A stretch of 64,000 bases of DNA from the NCBI GenBank assembly GCA_038087875.1, contig JAXLNO010000648.1, positions 1 through 64,000 of the forward strand, written 5' to 3'. Within the stretch, counting starts at the first letter, position 1. Each line of letters begins with the position of its first letter. This DNA comes from Malacoraja senta (lineage: Eukaryota). The position numbers and the translations under genes were made by a program. Shown piece after piece: positions 12,231 through 23,896 of this stretch. The notes beneath the pieces are model-generated. The model was given only the letters and a program-made list of their open reading frames with translations, was not told the DNA's origin and ran no database searches.

Positions 12231-12433
12231 CTTAAAAGCATTACGTTTTATTCCATTGCTTTTGATGCGGTTGTATTGTGCGCTCAGTGTTCCAAGTTTT
12301 GGTGGTAAAGCAGGCAAACGGATCAGTTTGTTTTCACAAAGTGTCAAATGCTCCAGTTCTGGAAGTTGTGAGAAGGCCTTATCTTCTATTTCAGTAATTT
12401 GGTTGCCACTCAGGTCGATCCTTTTCAAAGTTG
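12231..12433 (-). CDS. OGN: Osteoglycin coding exon 4 (203 nt)
   Basis: aataaag|CA...AAG|gtaatc. Encodes (P)TLKRIDLSGNQITEIEDKAFSQLPELEHLTLCENKLIRLPALPPKLGTLSAQYNRIKSNGIKRNAFK, phase 1/0. Confidence 0.93.
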
Positions 12434-12796
12434 CTTTATTTAGTATAAAGAAAATAAATATGATTTGAGTATCAGTTTTACTATTTATATGGCTTGAATA
12501 GTTTCCCAAAATTTTAAGGTTCTTGCACTCACAATACATTTTTTCTTATTCTATTTTGCAAATCATTAACTATCACCCATCTGGCATGCAACCCCCCCAC
12601 CCCTCTCTCACATACACACATGCACCCTGCCCTTGTGCACCACTGTACACACGTGTGTGCGTGCATGCGCACAAATATGTGCACACGCACACACGCTCAA
12701 TAATGTCAGACATTGATCTCTGAATAATAATTGTGTGGTCTCATACTTAGTTATTAGTTCATTTTCCAATATCTGTATTTGCAAATCTATATTTCT

Positions 12797-13126
12797 GTTT
12801 TTTAATTAATATTTTTATTAGAAGCTGTGTACAGTAATATAAACCGCGGCATATGACAAAATAAATTTATTGTAAATCCTCCATTTTAAATTTAACAAAA
12901 AAGAAATAGAACAAGAGAGAAAGAGCGAGAAAGAAAGAAAGTGAAAGAAATTGTGAATGTGTAAACCCCTAAACTACCAAATAGTGCAGTCCAGGAGTGA
13001 ATAAGTAAAAGCCTAAAAAAGAATAAGAAGACAAAAACGAAGAATAATAAAGAAGAAGAAAAAAAAGTGTTGATATACCTGCTTCATTTCTCACCACACC
13101 CATCACCCTGTCCGTGAATCGGTTTA
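12797..13126 (-). mobile_element. 5'-truncated L1-like 3' end with 16-bp target site duplication
   Basis: gcaaatctatatttct occurs at 12781-12796 and 13127-13142. On the minus strand: T-rich 3' UTR, AATAAA and an A-rich tail. Confidence 0.75.
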
Positions 13127-13322
13127 GCAAATCTATATTTCTACATCGCGTTATATGCAAGCAGCTTATATTGGTAAACTGACACTTCAAAGCTTTTCAC
13201 TTTGTAATTCAAGCCATGCGGTTCCACCCGTGTATTCTATTACAGTTGTTATTTAATCCATACATGCATGTTAAAATCTCCCACAGCGATATATACTTCT
13301 GATGCGTTGCCAGTACAATATA

Positions 13323-14959
13323 CAGTGCCCTCCATAATGTTTGGGCCAAAGACCCATCATTTATTTATTTGCCTCTGTACTCCACAATTTGAGATTTGTA
13401 ATGAAAAAAAATCACATGTGGTTCAAGTGCATGCTGTCAGATTTTATTAAAGGGTATTTTTATACATTTTTGTTTCACCATTTAGAAATTACAGCTGTGT
13501 TTATACATAGTCCCCCCATTTCAGAGCACCATAATTTTTGGGACACATGGCTTCACAGGTGTTTGTAATTGCTCAGGTGTGTTTAATTGCCTCCTTAATG
13601 CAGGTATAAGAGAGCTCTCAGCACCTAGTCTTTCCTCCAGTCTTTCCATCACCTTTGGAAACTTTTATTCCTATTTATCAACAAGAGTGCAAAGTTGTGC
13701 CAATGAAAGTCAAAGAAGCCATTATGAGACTGAGAAACAAGAATTAAAACTGTTAGAGACATCAGCCAAACCTTAGGCTTAGCAAAATCAACTGTTTGGA
13801 ACATCATCAAGAAGAAAGTGAGCACTGGTGAGCTTACTAATCGCGAAGGGACTGGCAGGCCAAGGAAGACCTCCACAGCTGATGACAGATGAATTCTCTC
13901 TATAATAAAGAAAAATCCCCAAACACCTGTCCGACAGATCAGAAACACTCTTCGGGAGTCAGGTGTGGATTTGTCAATGACCACTGTCAGCAGAAGACTT
14001 CATGAACAGAAATACAGAGGCTACACTGCAAGGTGCAAACCACTGGTTAGCCGCATAAATAGGATGGCCGGGTTACAGTTTGCCAAAAAGTACTTAAAAG
14101 AGCAACCACAGTTCTGGAAAAAGGTCTTGTGGACAAATAATACGAAGATTAACTTGTATCAGAGTGATGGCAAGAGCAAAGTATGGAGCAGAGAAGGAGC
14201 TGCCCAAGATCTAAAGCATACCACCTCATCCGTGAAACACAGTGGTAGGGGTGTTATGGCCTGGGCATGTATGGCTGCTGAAGGTACTGGCTCACTTATC
14301 TTCATTGATGATACAACTGCTGATGGTGGTAGCATAATGAATTCTGAAGTGTATGGACACATCCTCTCTGCTCAAGTTCAAACAAATGCCTCAAAACAGT
14401 TCCGGCAGTTCATTCTACAGCAAGACAATGATCCCAAACACACTGGTAAAGCAACAAAGGAGTTTTTCAAAGCTAAAAAATGGTAAATTCCTGAGTGGCC
14501 AAGTCAATCACCCGATCTGAACCCAATTGAGCATGCCTTTTATATGCTGAAGAGAAAACTGAAGGGGACTAGCCTCCAAAACAAGCATAAGCTGGATGCA
14601 ATACAGGCCTGGCAGAGCATCACCAGAGAAGGCACCCAGCAACTGGTGATGTCCATGAATTGCACACTTCAAGCAGTCATTGCATGCAAACGATGTGCAA
14701 CAAAGTACTAAACATGACTACTTTAATTTACATGACATTGCTGTGTCCCAAACATTATGGTGCCCTGAAATGGGACTATGTATAAACACTGCTGTAATTT
14801 CTACATGGTGAAACCAAAATGTGTAAAAATGGCCTTTATTAAAATCTGACAATGTGCACTTTAACAACATGTGATTTTTTTCCATTACAAATCTCAAATT
14901 GTGGAGTATAGAGGCAAATAAATGATGGGTCTTTGTCCCAAACATTATGGAGGGCACTG
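13323..14959 (+). mobile_element. Full-length Tc1 transposon (second family), transposase pseudogene
   Basis: TA|CAGTGCCCTCCATAATGTTTGG ... CCAAACATTATGGAGGGCACTG|TA. About 210-bp IR-DR ends. QQDNDPKH and SPDLNPIE motifs, with stops and frameshifts. Confidence 0.93.
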
Positions 14960-15409
14960 TAGGTCAGAAATGTATTTGTTTTTTGTCAAAAAGATGTTTT
15001 TAAATTGAATGCCTATTTATAAGCCATAGAAAAAAAATATTCTTTGGACTTCAATATATTCAGCAATATTTAGGACATGCATTGGAAATTTGTTGTATTT
15101 GAAGAAGTTTGAGGAATATTTTGTCCTCTACCCGTTGTCATCTTCGAGGTTATCTCGGCTAAATTGGCATCCGCTCGGAACCAAACTACTGGTGACAATG
15201 AATAATTAGAATTGGGAACCTTTGCAATTTCCTGTCTTTGGCTTATATAATCGCAAGCTATGCATAGTGCATTTAATGTCCTTTAAACTATATTCCATTG
15301 ACAAGTCACTTATTTTTCTAATCAACTTTTTCAATCGGTGTGAAAAGTTACACCACAGTTCTCACAGAAATTTTCTGGGATCATCAGACAAGTACTGAAC
15401 AATCTTAAC

Positions 15410-16385
15410 CCAATGCAAAATGCTGGAGTAACTCAGCAGGTCAGGAAGCATCTATGGAGAAAATGGATAGGTAACGTTGAACGAAGGAGTTGCGGAGGGA
15501 CCAGACTCAACAGAAGGCAGAAAGGGGTAGAGATTTGTGGGAGGATCATATTGAAGGTGATGGAAGTGTCGCAGGATGAGGTGTTGGTTGCGGAGGTTGG
15601 TGTGATGAAAGCTCACTCGCAACTCCTTGGTTCACCCATCCCTTCCCACCAAACCACCCCCTCCCTAGGTATTTTCCCCTGCAACCGCATGAGATATAAC
15701 ACCTGTTATTATTCCTCCTTCCTCGATTCCATCCAGGGACCCCGAAATCCTTCACATGCACCTCCTCTAAACTCATCTACTGCATCCGGTGCTCCCGATG
15801 TGGCCTCCTGTATGTATGCAAAACCAAGCGTAGACTCGGTGACCATTTCGCTGGATGCCAAGGCCTACTGGATCTTCCAGTGGCTAACCACTTTAATTCC
15901 CCTTCCTATCCCCGTACTGATCTTTCTGTACTGGGCCTCCTCCGTTGCCAGTGAGGCCACACACAAATTGGAGGAGTACACCTCATATTTCACTTGGGTA
16001 GCTTACAACCCAGCGGCATGAATGTAGAATTCTCCAATTTTATCTAACTTCCACAAATACCTCCCTCCCCCCTCCCTTCTCTTAGCTCCCCTTCCCCTCC
16101 TTCCACCACTAGTCCGTTAATCTGCTCCACAGTTCGCAACGTTCTTGAGCTCACACCATCTGTTGCCAACAATTGGCCAATCGGGGAACCTCCTTGCCAG
16201 AGGTCATCTTTTGCCGGCCCAAATTTGTCCTAGTTTTTTTGCTCGCTTCGAGTCCCCTTCCCCCACTACCGTCAGTCTTATGAAGGGTCCCGACGCAAAA
16301 TGTCACCAATCCATTTTCTCCATAGATGCTGCCCGACCCGCTGAGTTAGTTCTATCTTTGGTATAAACCAGTATCTGCAGTTCCT
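15410..16385 (+). mobile_element. Penelope-like element fragment with an inverted terminal piece at its 5' side
   Basis: GIY-YIG-like SSKLIYCIRCSRCGLLYVCKTK at about 15760-15830. Family terminus at about 16270-16385. Confidence 0.75.
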
Positions 16386-16932
16386 TATTATTAAATCTAA
16401 ACCCAATATTTCTTCAAGTGTAATGTTTCAACCACATCTACGTGGAATTTGGAGCTGGAGCATGAATTTAAAAAAACATCCTGTCGTGTATTCCGTATCT
16501 TATTTTCTGAAAGACTATACCAAATCAATAAAATGAATGGGAAAAACATTTTAACGGATTTGTCTTGGGTCTTGCATTGTTCCAAGATTTCAAAATCATA
16601 ACCTTCCCCACAAATTCCTCAGCAAAGTAAAATTAGTTACTTTTGACTTTCTGGTTACTATGGAGCATCCAGGTGCATCTATTCCTGAAATCCAAAGAAC
16701 CTTTTATGTCCAGCGACATTCCTCAATAGTTTATGATGTGAAATAATACTTTTTATAGTTTGAATGACCATGATTTATATCAAAAGTGGTAAGCATTAAG
16801 AAAAATATTTTAATGCAAATCTGTTTTCCTTGTGCATTATCTATGACAAGTGCTGTGTAACTACATTTACTTATCTCCAATGGTTCTGTTATTTTTATTA
16901 TGTTTTTCGTAGATATATCAAAATATACTCAC

Positions 16933-17091
16933 GGAAATCGGCAAAATCTTTTACAGTGATTTTTTTGATAGAGTTGAATCGTGCATAGATATATGATGTT
17001 TCCTTTGGCAAAATTGGGATTTCTTCTATTTCAGTCTCATCACAATATACAGAACCAGTTAGGCAAACACATAGAAGGCAAGTTGGCATGT
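16933..17091 (-). CDS. OGN: Osteoglycin coding exon 3 (159 nt)
   Basis: gtgtttcag|AC...TTCC|gtgagt. Encodes (D)[18 protein letters not shown]...[20 protein letters not shown] with the class III SLRP CX2CXCX6C signature, phase 1/1. Confidence 0.95.
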
Positions 17092-17154
17092 CTGAAACAC
17101 AGTTTGTTAAAGTATGTCTTCAATGGCTGTAAAGCAATATCGTTTTTATTAATG

Positions 17155-18076
17155 GTACACAAAAAATGCTGGAGAAACTCAGCGGGTGAGGCAGCATCTA
17201 TGGAGAGAAGGAATAGGTGACGTTTTGGGTCGAGACCCTTCTTCAGACTGATGTCGAGGGGAGGCAGGAAAAAGAAATGAAGAGGCGGAGACAATAGGCT
17301 TGTGGGAGAGCTGGGAAGGGGGAGGGGAAGGAGGCAGAAAGCATGGGCTATCTAAAATTAGAGAAGTCAATGTTCATTCCTGGGGTGTAAACAACCTAAG
17401 CGAAATATGAGGTGCTGTTCCTCCAATTTGCGCTGGGCCTCACTCTGGCAATGGAGGAGGCCCAGGACAGAAAGGTTCAGGTTGGTTAGTACGAACTGAG
17501 TAGAGGTGTTGGCCTGCGCTTGGTCTCGCCAATTGAGAGAAGTTGACACCTGGAACAGCGGATGCAGTAAATGAGGTTGGAGGAGGTGCAGGTGAACCTC
17601 TGCCTCACCTGGAAAGACAGATTGGAGGGGGAGGTAAAGCGACAAGTGTAGCATTTCCTGCTGTTGCAAGGGAAAGTACCCGGGGAGGGGGGCGGTTTGG
17701 GTGGGAAAGGACAAATTGACCAGGGAGTTACAGAGGGAACGGTCTCTGCGGAAAGCAGAAAGGGGAGAAGATGGAAAGATGTGGCCAGTGGTGGGATCCC
17801 GTTGGAGGTGGCGAAAATGGCGGTGGATTATATGTTGTTTGCGACGGCTGATGGGGTGGAAGGTGAGGACAAGGGGGACTCTGTCCTTGTTACGAGTGGG
17901 GGGGATGGGGAATAAGAGCGAAGCTGCGAGATATAGAGACCCTGGTGAGAGCCTCATCTATAGTAGATGAGGGGAACCTTCATTCCCTAAAGAATGAGGA
18001 CATCTCCACTGCCCTGGTATGGAAAACCCCCGTTCCCTAAAGAATGAGGACATCTCCGATGCCTTGGTATGGAAGG
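17155..18076 (-). mobile_element. Penelope-like element fragment
   Basis: ORF 17367-17957 has RVPLVLTFHP, HFRHLQRDPTT, AFRRDRSL and RKLEEQHLIFRLG. Terminal repeat at 17155-17250. Confidence 0.85.
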
Positions 18077-19128
18077 GTCTGCGCCTCGTTCTTATTAATA
18101 GCCTCTCTGACACCTTATCGGTGAAATCTGTGCCTGCTTCCATATTTTTCATGGATATGTCTGCTATTTGTTACTTTAACCTGATCCACAAGCTATTTGG
18201 CAGAAGTTCGGAGAATTAAACAATGGAAAAATAGTTGGTCAAGAAATCAACCCATTTGTACTTTTAAATAAGTGTCAGTATTAAAAAAAATATATATATA
18301 TATATATTTCTTAATGCACTAAAAGGAAATCTTGTTTTTCAAAATATGTTGTCGATGGATTTATATATTTGGCTTCAGTTTAAGCTGTTATAATACATTA
18401 TGATTCCTGTGACATTTTGAGTCATCAAATTTGGCATCTAAATTTGAAATGCAGTGGCATAGAATTTCCTAGTTTCACATTGTTAGCATCATTGATTACA
18501 AATTAGCAAAACAAACTTATTGGTCAGTGTAGCTCTACACCGAATCAGTTAAACTGCAGCAGTAACCATATTATACTGGAGTGGTTTACTTGGATGGTGA
18601 TCATTAAGAGAGCATTGGTGTTTTCCCAGTTATTGTCATTTAAAATTGAATATGGTGCAGCTTGCATTCATTTCACCTCCAAGGTCGAACAACATGGGTT
18701 TAATTATTTATCAGAAAATCTAATTGTGTATGAAACACAAAAGCACACAGTTTGGATATTTATTGAGCCATCTATAGGAATTTGTTTTGTTTTTAAGAAC
18801 AAGATCCATTTACAAAAGTAATTTCGGCTTCACCAACAATTATAAATGTGTGTTTTGCATTAGTTCATGTAAAATTAAATAATATAATTAAAATTGTTTG
18901 CTAGATACATCCATTCAATATTTTAAAAGCAACTCATTTTACTGGGTCATTATTTATTTAATGGGATGTGAGGAAATGTACCTTCAGTTCATCATTTGCC
19001 ATTCCAATTAATTGGAAGTTTTAAAAGCTCATCTATTTTCTAAAATTAGCTTGTAGAGAAAGCAGTAATATGCTAACATTTAAATGCAAAAGATATTCAA
19101 AGAATTAGAAGAGTAAGTTGGTCCTCAC

Positions 19129-19243
19129 CAGCAGGCGAATTATCTGCGTCTGGCGCCATTGTTGGAGACCTGATAACACGTGAAACTTGCAGTTCATGAT
19201 TTGTGTCTGTATCATCATGCCTTGAGATGAACACTTCTTTTAG
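19129..19243 (-). CDS. OGN: Osteoglycin coding exon 2 (115 nt, propeptide)
   Basis: ttgttggaag|CTA...GCTG|gtgag. Open frame LKEVFISRHDDTDTNHELQVSRVIRSPTMAPDADNSPA+G. Phase 0/1 exactly bridges the flanking exons. Sequence is poorly conserved, so the call rests on splice sites and phase. Confidence 0.8.
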
Positions 19244-20138
19244 CTTCCAACAATAAGAAATTAGTTTATAATCAAATTAAGGGTTTTGATTTTTCCATAC
19301 AGCATCACCAGCAACAACAAATTATGTACAGATTCCACCCAAAATAATGAAAAGTTTACAACAATGAGACTGGGTGCACCCAGCATTTGGTTAGTGTTTC
19401 TGCAAAGCTCCTTAGCTGAGGATATAGAAATGAATTTCCATGATCATATGTATGAATCCTTGATCTACTAAATTGCATTGTCAGGCACTCATCTAGGCTA
19501 TTTGGGTAGCAGTTAATGTAATATAATTTCTCAATACGCGATAAAATGACTTTTAATAAACCTTGGCTGTTTGTGTTATATTATTGCTGTCACAATTTAT
19601 ACAAAATGGCTTGGATTATGCTTTGAGACATTCCTGAATTATGTAGTTCCATATCTGTGTGTTCCCTTGATCACTCTTTTCATGTAGGTAGCAAAGAACA
19701 TTACCAAATGTTACAATTAATATTGGTTAATTTATATTATTCTTTGGGATGAGAAACATAGCAGTGAAGATAAGTTGCCACAATTTAGAAGGATAGTTTG
19801 AGTACATTGCTATGGGATGTGCAGAGATTGAAGAGGGTTTCTTTCTGTGATGCTATAACGTCTTATGGAAATTTTGAGACGGATGCTGAACTTTAGGGCA
19901 GTGTGAAAGATTCAGCAACTGAGGTGCAATGCAGTTTCAATGTCATAAGTAGTCTCTAAAATGACATGACAGTGAGAAACGATGTCATAATTGCTATCAT
20001 TCAAAGTTCAGTATTGAATACTAAACTTTGAACACGTTTTGAATAAGTAGAGCTTCTTTAGGATTGAGTTTGCTTTCAGTTTTTCTCAGAAATCTGAGAT
20101 TACAACCTACATGACAAACTAAATTATCCAGAGCTTAA

Positions 20139-20338
20139 AGGGCCTGTCCCACTTTTCGAGTTTACCCAAGAGCTCTCCCGAGTTAAACGCGGTAAGCTCG
20201 TGAAGTTTTTTTAACAAGTTGAAAAATGTCCACGGGAGCCCCGAGTACCTACGAGCGGCTATTACTGTAATTCTCCGAGTTCGAATCAGGGAAACTCGGG
20301 AGAACTCTTGGATTACCTCGTACAGTGGGACAGGCCCT
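20139..20338. mobile_element. 200-bp MITE, PIF/Harbinger-type
   Basis: TAA|AGGGCCTGTCCCACT ... AGTGGGACAGGCCCT|TAA: 15-bp perfect TIR extending imperfectly to about 48 bp, with a 3-bp TAA TSD. Confidence 0.85.
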
Positions 20339-21532
20339 TAAGTCTGGCAAATCCTTTGACCGCTGGAATGCTTTTATTTTCAAGCCAATGAAGCTTATTC
20401 ATGGACTTGAAACTCATCTTCAGAAGATCTGAGAGATGCATATACTTAATTCATTCCTTGAGATTTGTAGATTAAATGGGTGCTTAACATGACTCGGTAA
20501 GGTCGCTGAAGAGAAATTAATTGATCTGGTGGGGATGCTAAGAATGACAGGGCATGATTTTAATATTAGAGGTCTTCCATTTGGTAACCATGTTTTCACA
20601 AAAGGGTGGAATATATCTGGAATTCTCTTTCTCTCAAAGCTGTAGATAAAGATGATGTGAAGCTTTCAAAAATGTTTTTTTTGTATGTTAGGGGTATTAA
20701 AGATCAGATCAGCCTTGATCTAATTCAGTAGCAGAACAGGCTGGGGGGACTGAATAATTTTAATGGCTTTGGATAAATAAGCAGGTAGCAAGAAGATGGA
20801 ACGCTGTCTTTTCTGATAAACTGATAATTGTCAGGTGATTAATCTCGAGCAGTCTTTTGCACACATGGAATACATCAACTTTACTCTTGCCAACTTGTAT
20901 ACTGATGGTACCATTTGTTACAGTTCTCTTGATTCCTGCATTGCTTTGCTACCTCTAAGAAGCAATTTATTCTAATTAAGCATTAATCGTACAGCATTCT
21001 TGACAATTAGCTAATCACTCCAAATCTTGTCAGACTTTACTGTCAGCTAGGCTCTCCACAAAACAATCACCACTTTTACTTATCCCCACTCACTTTTTAT
21101 CACCCACCTCCATGCCAATCACTGTTGATATCTTTAAGTTGGGTTATTTATATTTCAATTGCTGCACCTGTCTTCCTCCCTTTGTCAACTTCAAGTCATC
21201 CAAGATGCCATTAGTTCTTTCATGCACTTCTGCAAGACTGGCTGAGTTCGATTCCTGAACAATTCTTTAAAATATTGTACTGAGCATCAATCCCTATTCA
21301 ATTCTTCAAGGTTCTGCCTTCTACTTCAACACTGCTGCCTGCCTCCACTCCCTGTCGTTGTCCATTTAATGTAGAGTTTATACTCGGGGCCTCTATCACT
21401 TCAGAGTTTAATTTGTACTTCCTTGCATTCTGAGATGTCCTCCCATGATCCTATCATTTTACCACTCCTTACTTTCAAAATGCTACCAAAAACTCTCATC
21501 TTTGGCCATTTATTTGTTCTATTTAGTAAATA

Positions 21533-23896
21533 CTAGACTAAGTGGGACCCGTTGGGTCCCAGTCACACAGGAGGCCTGGTCCCCCAACACAACCCATTCC
21601 CCAACGCATTATTCCACCACTCACCCAGGCGCAGCTCATTTCCCCTCATCTCCGAGAACTCCCCTCCTCTTCAAGGTTGGAAGGGGAGGAGGGTAGTGGG
21701 GGAAGGAAGTGGGGTGTGTGGCGGGGGGGGGGGGTGAGGTGGGAGGGGAGGAGGGGTGTGTGTGGACGGGGTGTAGGAGGGGAAGGGTGTGTGGGGGAGG
21801 GCGGGTGTGGTGGGTGGGGGGGGCGGTGTGTATGTGGACGGGAGCAGTGTGGGTGTGGGAGGGGGGGTGTGATGGAGGGTGTGTGGGCGGGGGTGGGGGT
21901 TTGTGGGGGGGGGTGTACGGGCGGAGGGGGTGGGGGGGTGTGTGGGCAGGCAGTGTGTGTGTGTGGAGGTTTGTGAGGGGTGTGTGCGGGCGGAGTGGTT
22001 GGGGGGATGGGGGTGTGAGCGGGGGGGGGGGGAATGTGTGGGGACAGGGGGGTTAGTGGAGACGGGGGGGTAGTGGGGGCGGGGGGGTTGTGGGGGAGTG
22101 GAGGGGGTTGCGGCGGGGTGGTTGTGTGGGCGGGGGCATGGGTTGGTGGGCGGGGGGTTGGGTGTGTGTTGGCGGGGGGATGTGTGTGTGGGCGGGAGGT
22201 GTTGTGTGGGGGAGGGGGTGTGTGGGAAGAGGGAGTTGTTGGGGGAGGGGGGTGTGTGAGGGGAGGGGGGGTGTGGGCGGGGGGGTGTGAGGTCGGAGAA
22301 AAGACGGGGAAGAGCCATGGGGGAGAGGGGGCATCACCTGGAGGGGGGAGGAGCCAGCGAGGGGGACTGGGGTGGGGGGTGTGGTGGGGGGTGGTGGGGG
22401 GGGGGGGTGTGGTGGGGGGGGGTTGTGGTGGGGGGGGTTGTGGCGGGGGGGTGGTGTGTGGGCTGGGTGGTGTGTGGGCTGGGTGGTGTGTGTGTGGGGG
22501 TGTGTGTGTGAGCGGGGTGTGTGTGAGCGGGGGGGTTGTGTGTGGGCGGGGGGGTTGGTATGTGCGAGGGGGTGGGTGTGTGTGGGTGGGCTGGGGGGTG
22601 GGTGTGTGTTGGGGGGTGGGTGTGGGCTGGGGGGTGGGTGTGTGTTGGTGGGTGTGTGTGGGCTGGGGGGTGGGTGTGTGTGGGCGGGGGGGTGGGAGTG
22701 TGTGGGCGGAGTGGTGGGAGTGTGTGGGCGGGGGGGTGGGTGTGGGGGGATGGGTGTGTGTGGGCTGGGGGGAATGTGGGTGTGTGTGGGGTGGGAGGGT
22801 GTGTGTGGGCTGGGGGCGATGTGGGGGGGTGTGGGTGTGTGTGGGCGGGGGGGTTGGGGGGGTGTGGGCTGGGGGGGTGGGGGGGTGTTGGTAGGGGGTG
22901 TGTGGGTGGGGGGGTGGTTGTGTGTGGGCTGGGGGGTGGGTGTGTGGGCAGGGGGGTGGGTGTGTGTGGGCGGAGTGGTGGGAGTGTGTGGGCGGGGTGG
23001 TAGGTGTGTGGGCGGGGGGGTGGGTGTGTGGGCTGGGGGGATGTGGGGGGGTGGGGGTGTGTGTGGGGGGGTGGGTGTGTGTGGGCTGGGGGGATGTGGG
23101 GGGGTGTGGGTGTGTGTGGGGGGGGGGGTGGGTGTGGGCGGGGGGGTGGGTGTGTGGGCGAGGGGGGTGTTAGTGTGTGGGTGGGGGGCTGGGCGTGTGT
23201 GTGGGTGGAGGGGTTTGTGAGGGCGGGGGGAGTTGTGGGAGAAGAGGGGTGTGTTGGCGGCGGGGGAAGTGAGCTCGGAGAAAAGACGGGAGAAGAGCCA
23301 TGGGGGAAATGGGGGGCATTATGAGGGAGGGGTAGGGGCCAGCGAGGGGGACCAGAGGGGTAGTGGCTGGAATTGGCGGTGCGATGGTGACTCACAGCGG
23401 GCGCTGGTTGCTGGTCGTTCTCCTCCGCCGGGATCAGACTCTCCGCTTTCCGTCTGACGACATCCGGACATCTCCGACTCTGAGCTGGGCTGGGTCGGGT
23501 CGGGTCTCCGACGCTGGGCTGCTTGGGGCAGGGCTGCTTCCGGTCCCACCAAAAGTCCGGTTGGAATTCTCCGGCGGCCATCCTCAGCTCCAGTAAAGAC
23601 GCAATGGCGCAGGAAGGGGCGGACCATCCCGGGGAGTGACAGGGGAAGAGACTAATCCGCGCGGCGCTGACTGGCAGGAGAAGAGATCGATCTGCGCACG
23701 TGTGTATTTTCAGATTTTTAAACCACGCTAACTTTTATGACATTCAATCGATCGGAACGAAACTTGGTGCACTTGCAGCACAGGAGAACGGTGAGTGAAC
23801 TGGCGAAAAATCGTAGCGCTATCACGAACCGTTTTTGCGCAAATAGAAAGCGCCAAACCGGAAGATAACAAGATCAGAGTTTTAGTTATGTATAGA
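21533..23896 (-). mobile_element. Complete non-autonomous Helitron with internal G/C-rich satellite
   Basis: On the minus strand A|TCTATAC ... TGGGACCC-AAC-GGGTCCCA-cttagt-CTAG|T: 5' TC, 3' hairpin plus CTAG, inserted between A and T with no TSD. Confidence 0.85.
21690..23270 (+). repeat. G/T-rich degenerate minisatellite (units like gggtgtgtgtgggc[t/g]gggggg)
   Basis: About 1.6 kb of almost only G and T on the + strand. The segment ggagaaaagacggg(g)agagccatggggga appears twice (about 22295 and 23277). Confidence 0.9.

Noticed and set aside
12610..12695. Alternating purine-pyrimidine tract
   Set aside because: Ordinary degenerate CA/TG microsatellite.
21445..23627. Many long ORFs (up to 415 aa) rich in Pro/His/Thr or Gly/Val/Cys/Trp
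   Set aside because: Artefacts of a stop-poor G/T satellite; open in several frames on both strands.
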